Assembly: GCA_002347965.1 (NCBI GenBank)
Contig: DDYN01000031.1
Location: 20,177 to 84,176 of the forward strand
Direction: 5' to 3'
DNA: 64,000 bases
Source of the DNA: Nitrospirae bacterium UBA2233
GTDB lineage: Bacteria > UBA2233
Shown: piece after piece, positions 1 to 11,035 of the stretch
How positions within the stretch are numbered: position 1 is the first letter of the stretch
Layout: each line of letters begins with the position of its first letter
Program-made: the position numbers and the translations under genes
The notes under the pieces: generated by a model
The model's database searches: none
The model's input: the letters and a program-made list of their open reading frames with translations, nothing else
What the model was told of the DNA's origin: nothing

Positions 1-433
1 ACTCTTTCCTAGACTCCTTGACCAACCCCTTAGGGCTCTCGAGCCCTGCCTGGTCAATGACCTTGGCATCGACGTAGATCGGCGCCTGGAACCTAAGGGC
101 CAAGGCGACAGAATCGGACGGCCTTGCATCGACCTCGAACGTTTTCCCGTCCTTCTGAACATGAAGTTTCGCATAAAAAGTAGATCCCACCAAATCGCAG
201 ACGACAATGTGCTCTACGATCGCATCGAGTGCGATGAGCAGCGACTTTATGAGGTCGTGCGTGAGCGGCCTTGGCGGTGTCTTATGGCCCATCTCCATAA
301 GAATCGCTTGGGCCTCGAACTGTCCGATCCATATCGGAAGGACTCGCTTCCCGTCCTTCTCTTCGAGCATGACGATCCAAGTATCCTGAAAAGGATCCTT
401 GACCAACCCGGCTACCTTGACTTCACTCAGCAT
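1..433 (-). CDS. Bifunctional nuclease family protein (DUF151), 3' end runs off the window; absent from the ORF track
   Basis: Manual translation from ATG at 433: MLSEVKVAGLVKDPFQDTWIVMLEEKDGKRVLPIWIGQFEAQAI...PRPLTHDL...FYAKL...EVDARPSDSVALALRFQAPIYV. Contains the DUF151 hallmarks LPIWIG, RPLTHDL and DARPSD. SD-like AGGAAGAGG lies upstream. Confidence 0.9.
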   Translation of the reverse strand, partial: MLSEVKVAGLVKDPFQDTWIVMLEEKDGKRVLPIWIGQFEAQAILMEMGHKTPPRPLTHDLIKSLLIALDAIVEHIVVCDLVGSTFYAKLHVQKDGKTFEVDARPSDSVALALRFQAPIYVDAKVIDQAGLESPKGLVKESRKE

Positions 434-455
434 AAGGCATCCTCTTCCTAAGTCA

Positions 456-1022
456 TTAGGCCAGGATTTCGCGCTCCTTGCGGTTCAAGAGCACATCCGC
501 CTGCTCTATAAACCGGTCTGTAAGCTTTTGGAGCTCGTCTTGGGCCCTATGAAGGTCGTCTTCGGAAAGGATCTTGTCTTTCTGAAGGCTCTTGAGCCTA
601 TCGAGGGTATGACGACGCACGTTCCTGAGCGCCACCTTGGCCTCTTCCCCGAGCTTGTGCACATACTTGACAACCTCTACGCGTCTTTCATGGGTAAGCT
701 CTGGAATCGAAACCCTCAACTTGGCCCCGTCGCTCGCAACGCCGACCCCTAGGTTGGCACTTTGGACAACCTTCTGAAGGGGCTCAAGCATGGCCTTGTC
801 CCATGGCTCCACGATGAGCGTCCTGGCATCCTGGACTGAGAGCGTGGCCATCTGGTTCATGGGAAGCGTACTCCCGTAGTAATTGACCTTAAGATGCTCT
901 ATGAGCCCGGCATGCGCCCTTGAAGTCCGCACACTGGTGAGCTCGGAGGACAACACCTCCAAGGTCTTTTCCATAGACTGCCTTGTTTCCTCGAAAAGTG
1001 CCGAGGCTTCGCTTCCTTCCAT
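456..1022 (-). CDS. frr: Ribosome recycling factor
   Basis: VRTSRA, YYGS..P.NQMA, IPELTHERR and NVRR motifs; follows pyrH. Confidence 0.97.
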   Translation of the reverse strand: MEGSEASALFEETRQSMEKTLEVLSSELTSVRTSRAHAGLIEHLKVNYYGSTLPMNQMATLSVQDARTLIVEPWDKAMLEPLQKVVQSANLGVGVASDGAKLRVSIPELTHERRVEVVKYVHKLGEEAKVALRNVRRHTLDRLKSLQKDKILSEDDLHRAQDELQKLTDRFIEQADVLLNRKEREILA

Positions 1023-1025
1023 CGC

Positions 1026-2282
<1,257 letters not shown>

Positions 2283-2286
<4 letters not shown>

Positions 2287-3089
2287 GCTTTGTTCGCACC
2301 CTCCTCCAAAAATGTCTCCTCGATGGATCCCGGGGGCATGTCCTGCGGTGCGACTGCGGCATCTTGCGGAATGTCCACGCGAATCCCCATGTCTTTGGCC
2401 AGCCTCATGCCCTCCAAAAGGGCATCGGCAACGCCAGAGGCAAAAAACCGCACCGATTTGATCGCGTCGTCGTTGGCGGGCACGATGTATTCGACAAAGT
2501 CAGGGTCGCCGTTTGTATCTACCAGCCCAACGACGGGAATTCCTAAGATGTTTGCCTCGTGGATCGCGATAGCCTCTTTCTTGGTATCCACGACGAAGAG
2601 GGCATCTGGAAGCCTCGTCATCGTTTGGATGCCTCCTAGGTAGGTCAAAAGCTTTTCGCGCTCCTTACGGAGCTTCGTCGCCTCCTTCTTGGTGTGCAGC
2701 TCGAGCTGGCCTTCTTTTTCCATCTGCTCAATCTGCTCTAGGCGTTCCACGGTCTTTCGAATTGTCGGAAAGTTTGTCAACATCCCGCCAAGCCAGCGTT
2801 TGATGACATAGGGCATTCCGCAACGGCTCGCCTGTTCCCGGATAACTTCCTGGGTTTGAGGTTTTGTGCCGACGAAAAGCACTTTTCCTCCGCGTGCTCC
2901 AACTTCCCTGACGAACCTAAGGCTTTCTTCGTAGAACTTGACTGTCTTCTGAAGATCGATGATATACAGGCCGTTTCGCTGGCCGAAGATATATGGCCTC
3001 ATTTTTGGGTTCCACCTGCGCACTTGATGCCCGAAATGAGCGCCGGCTTCCAGCATTTGCCTGATCGAGACTTGCCCTGGGTTCACCAT
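2283..3089 (-). CDS. rpsB: 30S ribosomal protein S2
   Basis: MLEAGAHFGH, WNPKM, RWLGGMLTNF and PANDDAIKS. Confidence 0.98.
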
Positions 3090-3104
3090 GTCTTTGCTCT
3101 TTTA

Positions 3105-3180
3105 GCCTCCATTTGGTTACAGAACCCTTAAAAACCGCACCATAAGCGGGTAGTCTAGCCTATCTAAACGAAAAGCACAA
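3105..3180 (-). promoter_or_regulatory. sigma70 promoter and short structured leader of rpsB-tsf
   Basis: Minus strand TTGTGC (3180-3175), 17 nt, TAGACT (3157-3152). The leader has a CCGC-UUAUGGU-GCGG hairpin, a downstream AACC and a GGAGG SD, reminiscent of S2 autoregulatory leaders. Confidence 0.5.
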
Positions 3181-3462
3181 TCCTTCTTTTCATCATAGCA
3201 GCCTCCCGATGCTTAGGAAATAGGAGTAAAAACGGCTGATTTGTTGAGTGCTTTATCGATCGCCTCGTATACCTACAATAGACTTCAGATTTTTATGCAT
3301 GCGCTTTTTGGTAAGCCTTAAACACCCCTTATCTCTCGAATATCAAACTCTGGGTCGTCTTAGCTGAACTCCAGCCGCCGCTGAGCTCCCCCAAAAAGCG
3401 CTTGCCCGCAGGACGTGCCATGAAAACGCTCAGAGCCTGGAAGACCCTTTGCTGCTATAGCT

Positions 3463-5046
3463 TTAAAACACATACTGAAGCCCCAAATCAACTCCGTCGT
3501 GCCGGGCAAACTGGCCAAAGACGCCTCCTGGCTTGCCCCAGTAGAGATGCCCGCCCAAAAGAACGGTAAGTTTTTCCGAAAGCTCATAGGTCATGTTCGG
3601 CTCGTAGCGGAACCCCCCATCACCCGAAAGCCATATCCAAAGGCTTCTAAAAGTAAGCCTGTCGTTGGTAAACCCGAAAGGCTTGAGAACCGTCCAGTAA
3701 ATACCCTCCTGGTTGCGGTTCAGGGGCGAGCCGACGGGCAAATCGAGCATGTCGCCGTCATAGCCGAAGATGTGCTCGTGGTCCCAGCGCAGTATGTTTG
3801 TCCAGTCCTTATAAAAGTAGGTCTCGAGCTGAACGCCGGTCAACAGCGAGTCGGCCTTGTCCCACCCGTGGTTTTCCGGGGTGTAGTTCCTCACCTGGTA
3901 GTAGCGGCCCTTTAAATAGCGTCCCTCGAACTTAAGCGCCCACTGGCGGCCAAGCCAGTCAAAGGAGCGGTCGGCGCCCAGGCCGAACTTGTGCACCCGG
4001 TTGTATTTGGGGTTCAAGTGAACGTGGACGGGCGGCCAAAGGTCGCGAATAAAACCCGTGTTCAAGCTTGATGAGGCAGCTAAAGAAGACTTTGGCATGG
4101 GCGGGAGGTTAAACCGATCGAACAAAAGCACGTTTTGAAACATCGTGGGCATGTCGTACCAGCTCCAAAGATAGTGCAGCGATACATCCCAGCCGCTTTT
4201 CATCATCCCCAGCTTGACCCCGATTTGGCTGTTTTCAAAGGTCCTCGCTGGCTTGTCCGCCTTGGCAAACGACACGCGCGAGAAGCGGTCCATGGCCGAG
4301 GAAGCTCGCTGGTTAAACTCCCAGACGCTGCCCGAAACTGTCGGCCCAAAGCTCGGCTCGAAGTTTGGAATCCACAAAAACTGGAATTCGTAGTCCTTAA
4401 AAAAATAATCGGCGTTTACCATGAACTCGGGGATTCTTTGGTACTCCACGGGAATAAAGGGGTTGATCGTGGGAAAGGGGTACCATGTGTAGTCAAAGCC
4501 GTGCACCATGTCCAGGATCTGACGGCCGTCTACGCGCCCCCAAGAGACCTGCTGCTTTCCCACGCGCAGCTGTAGCCCGCCAACCTGGTAATCGGCGTAC
4601 CACTCCCTGAAGATCTGGTCCATGGAGTTGTAGTAATGGAGCGTATCCATAGAACCGTAGAACGAGTTACGGAACCCGTCGTTCCAGTCGTAGGCGGAGT
4701 CGTACAAGAACATGTTCCGAACCGTAAACTTTAAATCCGGGCTCATCCTGTAAGCCGTCTGGAGGTCCATGAGCCAGTGGATGCCCTGGAAGTTAGAGCT
4801 AGTAGACGGAAGGTTTCGGTTTTGGTTCATATCCTTGTGGATGCTTAGGCTCGTTAGATTCTGCAGGTTGGCCTTTAGCTCTAGCCCTGGAACGCTCATT
4901 TGGAGGGGCTGAGTAATCGCCTTACCTAAAGGGTCAAACTCTTCAATCTTGCGACGAAAATCGGCGCCGTCGAGTGCCATCGCACCCCCAGCCCAACCCG
5001 CGAGCAAAACGCCCGCAATCAAGCCTTTGCCTGCTGCCCCGAACAT
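3463..5046 (-). CDS. DUF1302-family outer-membrane beta-barrel protein (start ATG 5046 with AAGGAGGA SD; track starts at 5085)
   Basis: Signal peptide ending AGGAMA, RVGKQQVSWG motif, aromatic-rich beta strands, C-terminal LQYVF beta-signal; in an operon with MMPL and DUF1329 genes. Confidence 0.75.
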   Translation of the reverse strand: MFGAAGKGLIAGVLLAGWAGGAMALDGADFRRKIEEFDPLGKAITQPLQMSVPGLELKANLQNLTSLSIHKDMNQNRNLPSTSSNFQGIHWLMDLQTAYRMSPDLKFTVRNMFLYDSAYDWNDGFRNSFYGSMDTLHYYNSMDQIFREWYADYQVGGLQLRVGKQQVSWGRVDGRQILDMVHGFDYTWYPFPTINPFIPVEYQRIPEFMVNADYFFKDYEFQFLWIPNFEPSFGPTVSGSVWEFNQRASSAMDRFSRVSFAKADKPARTFENSQIGVKLGMMKSGWDVSLHYLWSWYDMPTMFQNVLLFDRFNLPPMPKSSLAASSSLNTGFIRDLWPPVHVHLNPKYNRVHKFGLGADRSFDWLGRQWALKFEGRYLKGRYYQVRNYTPENHGWDKADSLLTGVQLETYFYKDWTNILRWDHEHIFGYDGDMLDLPVGSPLNRNQEGIYWTVLKPFGFTNDRLTFRSLWIWLSGDGGFRYEPNMTYELSEKLTVLLGGHLYWGKPGGVFGQFARHDGVDLGLQYVF

Positions 5047-5086
5047 GCTCGGAATCCTCCTTGTCTGCAGTTTTGACCGGGGCAAT

Positions 5087-6166
5087 TTAAGCCCCCTTGT
5101 CTTCCTTGCGCTCTTTCTCGATCAAGCGCTTGGTCTCTTCTGGAATTTCCCATTTGCGCTCGCTGGGAAACCTGCCTTCCAAAAGAGGAGGAAGCTTCGG
5201 CAAGTCCTTTGGAGACTTAATGTAGGGGTAGGCACCGATGTCGGGCACGCGCCAGGTGAACTCTTTTCTCAGGAAATTGGGCTCGAACTCCGTTTCCTTG
5301 AAGTTGCCCTCGTGGGTTACGTTAAAGATCCGCACCCACTGCCTAAAGTGCTTCTTGACGTTCCAGTCGTACCAGTTCGTATGATCGAGGATGGCGTCTT
5401 TGCCCTGAGGTTCCATGCGTCTTTCAAAAATCTTCCAGAGGTCGCCCTTCTTGTCGTACTGCTCTTCTCTCCAGCGGATGAAGCGCTTTTTATCTATCCA
5501 AACGATGCGTTTGCCCAAATAATAGCCGGGATCGGTATGGACGGCCTTGATCACGTAGCAACCGACGGGCTCAGGGATAATGCCGTCCGCTGGAAGCGTG
5601 TCTTCACCCAAAAGCGTGTGCGTTTCGTCGAAGGGCTCCCGGCCGACGATGTCGTCGTAGGTCATGTCGCCACCCGCGACGCCATCCGAGCGCTCCCCCG
5701 TGGCCAGCCGCCTGACCTGTCTCAAGGCGGGAATGTATATCCACCAGTCCACCATCTTGCGCACGTCCGGAGTTTCTTTGTATGTCCAAGAAAGAAGCGT
5801 CTGGTTCTTAAGCTGCGGGGGGGTAAGCATGAAGATGATATCCTTGCGCTTTGGGGCTCCAGGCTTGAGCGTGACGCCTTTGAAATCGAGGAGATCTCTG
5901 TAGTCTTCGTATTGCTGCAAGCGCTTTCGCATGGTGGCCCTTTGCCTCATGTAGCCGCGGGCGTCCACTTCAATTTCTAAGGCATCGCAATCGTAGTTCT
6001 TTACCGCCGGAAAATACGTGGCATCCTCCAAGAAGGCAATTTGGTCCGCCGTGTAGGGTGGCTTCCATGGGAACGCCTCGGGATGGAGCGTCTTCATATC
6101 TAGCCCGAATGCCAAGGCTGGAATCATAGCCTGGGCAAATAGAAGGCCTAACAATCTTTTGAGCAT
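5087..6166 (-). CDS. DUF1329 / LolA-like outer-membrane lipoprotein-sorting family periplasmic protein (start ATG 6166)
   Basis: Signal peptide; WIYIPALRQVRRL, GDMTYDD and EQYDKKGDLWK motifs. Confidence 0.8.
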   Translation of the reverse strand: MLKRLLGLLFAQAMIPALAFGLDMKTLHPEAFPWKPPYTADQIAFLEDATYFPAVKNYDCDALEIEVDARGYMRQRATMRKRLQQYEDYRDLLDFKGVTLKPGAPKRKDIIFMLTPPQLKNQTLLSWTYKETPDVRKMVDWWIYIPALRQVRRLATGERSDGVAGGDMTYDDIVGREPFDETHTLLGEDTLPADGIIPEPVGCYVIKAVHTDPGYYLGKRIVWIDKKRFIRWREEQYDKKGDLWKIFERRMEPQGKDAILDHTNWYDWNVKKHFRQWVRIFNVTHEGNFKETEFEPNFLRKEFTWRVPDIGAYPYIKSPKDLPKLPPLLEGRFPSERKWEIPEETKRLIEKERKEDKGA

Positions 6167-6168
6167 GT

Positions 6169-8529
6169 CTAACCCCCTGTGGAAGGTGTTTTTGTGAGGC
6201 GTCCGGCTTCCGTCAGGAATTTTGGCCGGATCCAAAAGACCAAGAAGGGCAAAACGGCTGAGGCAAGCACCATGTTGGCCAAAAAATCCAACGCCAAAAG
6301 TCCGCCCAAATATCCATGCACCTTGAGCCCCGTCCCCAAAAGGGCGAGAGAGCCCAAAGAGAGCGCAATCGCCGTGAATAGGACCGCCTTCCCGGAGCTA
6401 GCAAGCGCCCTGGTGACGCCTTGATCGAGCGAGCCGAGGGCCGCAAACTCTTCTTTGATTCGGCTGAGTACGTAAAACGAGAAGTCTACGCCGATCCCGA
6501 TACCCAAGGAGGCCACTGGGACGGTCGGGATAAACATACCAAAGCGGCTGAAGCCCATCACGCCGGCCGTAATCAGGCTGGCAATGACGAGCGGCACCAA
6601 AAGCACCAGAGCGGCCAGCACAGAACGGTACGTAAGAAGCGCAAGGACAACCACCACGGCGCTTACTACGAGCACGTTGGGCATGTTCTCGTTGGCGATC
6701 GATTGCATGGCGGCGTAGTAGAGCGCGGCAGTCCCGCCGGCACGGCGAATCTCGATGCCATCGATAGGCGGCTTGCCCTTCAAGAACGCCGAAATGGTAT
6801 TTTCAAGGTCTTCGAGGTGGTGGTTCTGCCGGTCTTTCAGGAGAATGAGCATGTTTGCCCTTGAGTAGTCCATAGTAAAGAAGCTGCGGGTGTCCTCCGG
6901 GTCGCCGCCGCCAGAAACGAACATCTCCAAGTATACGTAGGCCAGCTGGTCGGTTGGCGGAATTTCAGGCCTTTTGGTGTTCGCCCAGAGGAAATGGATG
7001 TTCTTTAAGATGTCCCCGTAGTGGCTCACGTAGCCGACGTAGGACTTTTGAACCAGGATGCGCTCGAGCTCGTCTAGCCTCTTGAGCAGCTCGACGTTGG
7101 CGATGGCACCCTCGCCCTGCCCCTTGATTTGGAGCATGTAGCTCTCCGAACCGGCAAAGTTCTTTCCGATACGCGCGACATCTTTATTGACCTCGCTTGA
7201 CGGCCAGAACAGGTAAGAGCCTTTATCTAAATCTCCGTACTGAAGCTTCGAGGCACCGTAGGCAAACACGCAGGCTACAACAAGAATAGCGGCCAAGACG
7301 CCGAACCGTGCCTTGGTTTTGGCCTGGCTCGCAATCTTCAAAAAAATCCTGTCTAGGAGCCCTATCTTGTATGCCCTCTTGAGCTCGGGCAGCTTGGGGC
7401 TCGACATAAGCGTGCACATGAGCGGGATGAACAGAAGAACGGTGAAAAAGACGGAGAGTATACCTAGCCCGGCCAAGATCCCCATATTTTTAAGCCCGCT
7501 AAACGGGAACAAGGCAAGCGCCACGAAGCCCGCACCGTCGGTGATGATCCCTGCCGAGGTCGGCACGATCAGGTTGACGATTGTCTTGTGAGCGGCCAGG
7601 TTTTTGTCTTTTTCAAACCCGTAGGTTTCGTAGAAGCGTTTTAGCACCTGGATACTGTGGGCGACCGAGAGCGCCACGATCAAAAACGGCGCCGTGAGCG
7701 TCATCGGGTCTAGCTTAACGCCCATCCAACCCATGATGCCAAGGCACCAAACGAGCGACAGTAGCCCCCCGGATAACGGCAAAAAGACGCCCCGCTTCGA
7801 TTTGAACAAAGCCCAGAGGACAAAGCCCATCAATACGAGCGCCACGACCCCGATAATCACGAAGCGTCGAACCCCCTCGAGCAACACGCCGATCTCTACC
7901 GGCTGGCCAGCCAAAGAGACCCGAAGAGATGGGTTTTCCCGTTCGAGCGATCGCTTGAGCCGCTTGAGCCCCCCGTAGATAGCCCCAGGGTCGGTGTAGG
8001 GGCTGTAATCGGCCTGCACAAGGGCCCCCTTGAGGTCCTTCGAAACGAGCGTCCCTAATACTTGCGGGTCCCGAAGGACCCCTTGCTTGAGTGCGACCCT
8101 CGCCCAGGCATCGCCTTTAAGGGCACGCTCCGCCAATGCTCGGAACGGTACGGCGTTAAGCACCTCCAGCCCGTCCGGGTCTTTTGTGATATAGAGATAC
8201 CGGAGCTTGTTGGCCGCGATGGAGAGCACCCTGTAGCCGTAAACCCCCTCCATGTCCAAGAGCCCCTGGGTCGCCCTTATGACCGAGCGGAGGTTTTCTT
8301 CGGTGAATACATCGCCCTTTTTAAACCGAAGGCCAAACGATACAAGGTTTCCGCCGCCGAAATCGCTCTCGATTTCTTCGTTCACACGCGTGTAGGGATG
8401 GTTTTGAGGGACGAGGAAGCTTAAATCCTTTGTAAGGCCAAACCTGAGGGCTCCCGCCCCCAGAGCGAGGGTGACGATAAACAGGAAGGCCAAAAGCCAA
8501 GACCTGTGACGAATAATTTTAGGCTCCAT
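6169..8529 (-). CDS. MMPL/RND-family transporter (start ATG 8529 with GGAGGAGG SD)
   Basis: Duplicated TM-periplasmic-5TM architecture, about 790 aa; GIGIGVDFS, ITDGAGF and GKAVLFTA motifs. Confidence 0.88.
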   Translation of the reverse strand: MEPKIIRHRSWLLAFLFIVTLALGAGALRFGLTKDLSFLVPQNHPYTRVNEEIESDFGGGNLVSFGLRFKKGDVFTEENLRSVIRATQGLLDMEGVYGYRVLSIAANKLRYLYITKDPDGLEVLNAVPFRALAERALKGDAWARVALKQGVLRDPQVLGTLVSKDLKGALVQADYSPYTDPGAIYGGLKRLKRSLERENPSLRVSLAGQPVEIGVLLEGVRRFVIIGVVALVLMGFVLWALFKSKRGVFLPLSGGLLSLVWCLGIMGWMGVKLDPMTLTAPFLIVALSVAHSIQVLKRFYETYGFEKDKNLAAHKTIVNLIVPTSAGIITDGAGFVALALFPFSGLKNMGILAGLGILSVFFTVLLFIPLMCTLMSSPKLPELKRAYKIGLLDRIFLKIASQAKTKARFGVLAAILVVACVFAYGASKLQYGDLDKGSYLFWPSSEVNKDVARIGKNFAGSESYMLQIKGQGEGAIANVELLKRLDELERILVQKSYVGYVSHYGDILKNIHFLWANTKRPEIPPTDQLAYVYLEMFVSGGGDPEDTRSFFTMDYSRANMLILLKDRQNHHLEDLENTISAFLKGKPPIDGIEIRRAGGTAALYYAAMQSIANENMPNVLVVSAVVVVLALLTYRSVLAALVLLVPLVIASLITAGVMGFSRFGMFIPTVPVASLGIGIGVDFSFYVLSRIKEEFAALGSLDQGVTRALASSGKAVLFTAIALSLGSLALLGTGLKVHGYLGGLLALDFLANMVLASAVLPFLVFWIRPKFLTEAGRLTKTPSTGG

Positions 8530-8543
8530 CCCCTCCTCCAATC

Positions 8544-8594
8544 CTTTACATGTAAAGCTTTCGGTATTTTACCGAACCAAGAGGGGATTGTCAA
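8544..8594 (-). promoter_or_regulatory. Near-consensus sigma70 promoter with two palindromic operator candidates
   Basis: TTGACA (8594-8589), 17 nt, TAAAAT (8571-8566). Inverted repeat TTCGGTA-N3-TACCGAA (8560-8576) covers the -10. Perfect palindrome CTTTACATGTAAAG (8544-8557) lies just downstream. Confidence 0.75.
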
Positions 8595-8596
8595 CG

Positions 8597-9817
8597 CTAC
8601 GCCTCGATTTTGTAGCCGGACTCCAGGTGTTCGGTCAGGTCAAGCCCGCTCTGTTCGGCCTCAGAGGCCACCCGAAGCCCCATGAAACGCTCCAAGAGCC
8701 AAACGATCAAGAAGGTCACCAAAAGAGAATACGTCACGGCCACGACTACGCCGATTCCTTGAATCGCGATTTGGGAGAAATTGCCGAACAAAAGCCCGTC
8801 TGCGCCGGAAGGGTTCCAGTATTTTGCGGCAAAGATGCCCGTCGCCAGGCCTCCCCAGACTCCGCCGACACCGTGGATACCGACCACGTCGAGCGCGTCG
8901 TCGTAGCCGCCCTTAAATTTTGCGAACACCCCCGCGTAACACAGCAGGCCCGCGACAAGCCCGATGAACAGCGCGGGGGCAGGTCCGACGAACCCTGCCG
9001 CCGGAGTGACGGCCACAAGCCCGGCCAGCGCCCCCGAGGCGATCCCTAAGGTTGTGGGCTTGCCCCTATGAACGGCCTCGGCCAAGATCCAGGATAGCGC
9101 CGCACCGGCCGTGGCCGCCTGGGTGTTGAAGAATGCGAGCGCGGCCAGGGGGCTTGCCGAAAGGGCGCTGCCCGCGTTGAACCCGAACCATCCAAACCAC
9201 AAAAGCCCGGCGCCCAAAAGCGTCAAGGGGAGGTTGTTCGGGTGGAACGGCTCGTGGCCCCAGCCCATGCGTTTGCCGATGAACCAGGAGCTCACGAGGG
9301 CCGCCGCGCCCGAGTTGACATGAATAACTGTTCCGCCCGCAAAATCGAGCGCTCCCAGCTTCTGAAGCCATCCGCCCCCCCAGACCCAGTGGCACACGGG
9401 CAGGTACACGAACGTCGTCCAGAGGACCACGAACCAAAAAAACGGCCAAAAGCGCATTCTTTCGGCGAACGCGCCCGTAATCAGGGCGGGTGTAATAATC
9501 GCAAACATCAGTTGGAACGCGCAGAACAACACGTGTGGAATCCCTGGAGCGTAGGGCCCAGCATCGAGCCCCACCCCTTTTAGCATCACCCAGTCGAAGT
9601 TGCCCAAAACCCCGCCCACGTCCGGGCCGAACGCGAGCGAATAACCATAAAGCACCCAAATCACGGAAACAATGCCCATGCACGCAAAGCTATGCATGAC
9701 AACCGAAAGGACGTTCTTAGCGCGCACTAGCCCGCCGTAGAAGACGGCAAGTCCCGGCGTCATCAGCATGACCATGGCGGAAGCGATCAGCATGAATCCC
9801 GTATCCGCGGCGTTCAT
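8597..9817 (-). CDS. amtB: Ammonium transporter Amt
   Basis: MTPGLAVFYGG, DFAGGTVIH, WFGWFGFNAGS and DDALDVVGIHG (twin His). Confidence 0.96.
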   Translation of the reverse strand: MNAADTGFMLIASAMVMLMTPGLAVFYGGLVRAKNVLSVVMHSFACMGIVSVIWVLYGYSLAFGPDVGGVLGNFDWVMLKGVGLDAGPYAPGIPHVLFCAFQLMFAIITPALITGAFAERMRFWPFFWFVVLWTTFVYLPVCHWVWGGGWLQKLGALDFAGGTVIHVNSGAAALVSSWFIGKRMGWGHEPFHPNNLPLTLLGAGLLWFGWFGFNAGSALSASPLAALAFFNTQAATAGAALSWILAEAVHRGKPTTLGIASGALAGLVAVTPAAGFVGPAPALFIGLVAGLLCYAGVFAKFKGGYDDALDVVGIHGVGGVWGGLATGIFAAKYWNPSGADGLLFGNFSQIAIQGIGVVVAVTYSLLVTFLIVWLLERFMGLRVASEAEQSGLDLTEHLESGYKIEA

Positions 9818-10698
9818 CGAAGGCCCTCCTGTTTCCCCAATAACGTGAGTGTGTTCAACCCCCCGATGTTCGCCCGCTCCTGGCTAGAGATGGGAAGCTT
9901 GAAGAATCGCTCCAAGTTCCGCTCGGCGCTGCCGTAGGGCGTATCCGTCCCGAAGAGCACCTTATCGTCCCCGTGCTTTTGGATGATCTCGAGCACCGTA
10001 CCCTGCTCCAAAAAGCCGAGCGCGTAGGAGAGATCGAGGTATACTTCCGAACCCAAAAGCTCTTCATGAATCGCCCCCCAGTTGTAAATGGCTCCGAGGT
10101 GCGCGGCGATGATCTTGAGCCCCGGGAAAGCTTGAGGCAGCCTGGCCAGGTCGTTCGCCGCTCTGGGGGATTTCTGGACGATTTCGTCGTAGAAGACCGT
10201 GCAGGTAAGCACCACGAGGCCCAAATCGCGGCAGGCTTCAAAGAGCCTAAGCCAGATAGGTTCAAAAAAAGGGCTCATTGTCGCGCCCTTTTGGAAGAAC
10301 GGGTGGATCTTCACGCCCAGGAACCCTCTTGCCTTAAGATCCTCAAGCGTGGCCTTGAGATCGTCAAGGTCTGGATGAATCGCGCCGAACGGCAGCAGTC
10401 TGGGAAAGCGCTTCGTCACCTTTTCGGTGAAGTCGTTGAGCTTATGCACCTGGTGAGGCTTCATGGCGAGCGGCAAGATGACGCCGTAGGCAAAGCCCTC
10501 ACGCTCTAGCCAGGCGTCATAAGCCTCAGCCGTCCCGTCAAGATCCGTATCGCCATCATAGTTGGATTCTCCCTCGAGCCTTCTTTGCTCTCTAAAGGCA
10601 AGCGCTTTTTTTGCGAGCTCGGGCGGGTAGACATGCGCATGGCAATCGACAACGGGGGTCAAACCCCCAGGCTCAGGCATCCCCATACCCCGCAACAC
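9814..10698 (-). CDS. Amidohydrolase family (Amidohydro_2) metal-dependent hydrolase; start uncertain (10698/10680)
   Basis: DCHAH, GVKIHP, AHLG and LFGTDTP motifs. Confidence 0.82.
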   Translation of the reverse strand: MLRGMGMPEPGGLTPVVDCHAHVYPPELAKKALAFREQRRLEGESNYDGDTDLDGTAEAYDAWLEREGFAYGVILPLAMKPHQVHKLNDFTEKVTKRFPRLLPFGAIHPDLDDLKATLEDLKARGFLGVKIHPFFQKGATMSPFFEPIWLRLFEACRDLGLVVLTCTVFYDEIVQKSPRAANDLARLPQAFPGLKIIAAHLGAIYNWGAIHEELLGSEVYLDLSYALGFLEQGTVLEIIQKHGDDKVLFGTDTPYGSAERNLERFFKLPISSQERANIGGLNTLTLLGKQEGLR

Positions 10699-11035
10699 AT
10701 CCGGGCGCCTCTTCGACCTCGACCCGTAGGGGCGCCGAGCGGAATGTTGGCTTGAGCGTCTCGTACACGAACCTGGCGAAGCGCTCGGCCGTGGGGCTGG
10801 TGTGCTCGAAGGGGGGTACCTCGTTCATGAGCCTTTGTGAAAAAGGGGCGATCGTGTTTTTTAGGAGCGCCTTGAGCTCCAAGAAATCGACGATCATCCC
10901 CTCGTTTCCCGGGTCTCCGTACACGCGTACACGAACGCCGAAAGAATGGCCGTGAACGGGCTCGGGGCTTCCCTTATAGCTCGTTAAGTAGTGGGCCGCC
11001 TCAAAACGCTCGAATGCTTCCACATACCCGATCAT
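10673..11035 (-). CDS. 6-pyruvoyl-tetrahydropterin synthase/QueD family protein (COG0720) with PTPS-III-type motif
   Basis: FEAAH, EPVHGH, MIVDF..LK and PTAE motifs; no catalytic Cys before HGH. Confidence 0.88.
   Translation of the reverse strand: MIGYVEAFERFEAAHYLTSYKGSPEPVHGHSFGVRVRVYGDPGNEGMIVDFLELKALLKNTIAPFSQRLMNEVPPFEHTSPTAERFARFVYETLKPTFRSAPLRVEVEEAPGCVAGYGDA

Noticed and set aside
3181..3462. AT-richer ~280-bp gap as a possible sRNA or small ORF (3360-3587)
   Set aside because: No convincing promoter-terminator pair, stable structure or tRNA fold.
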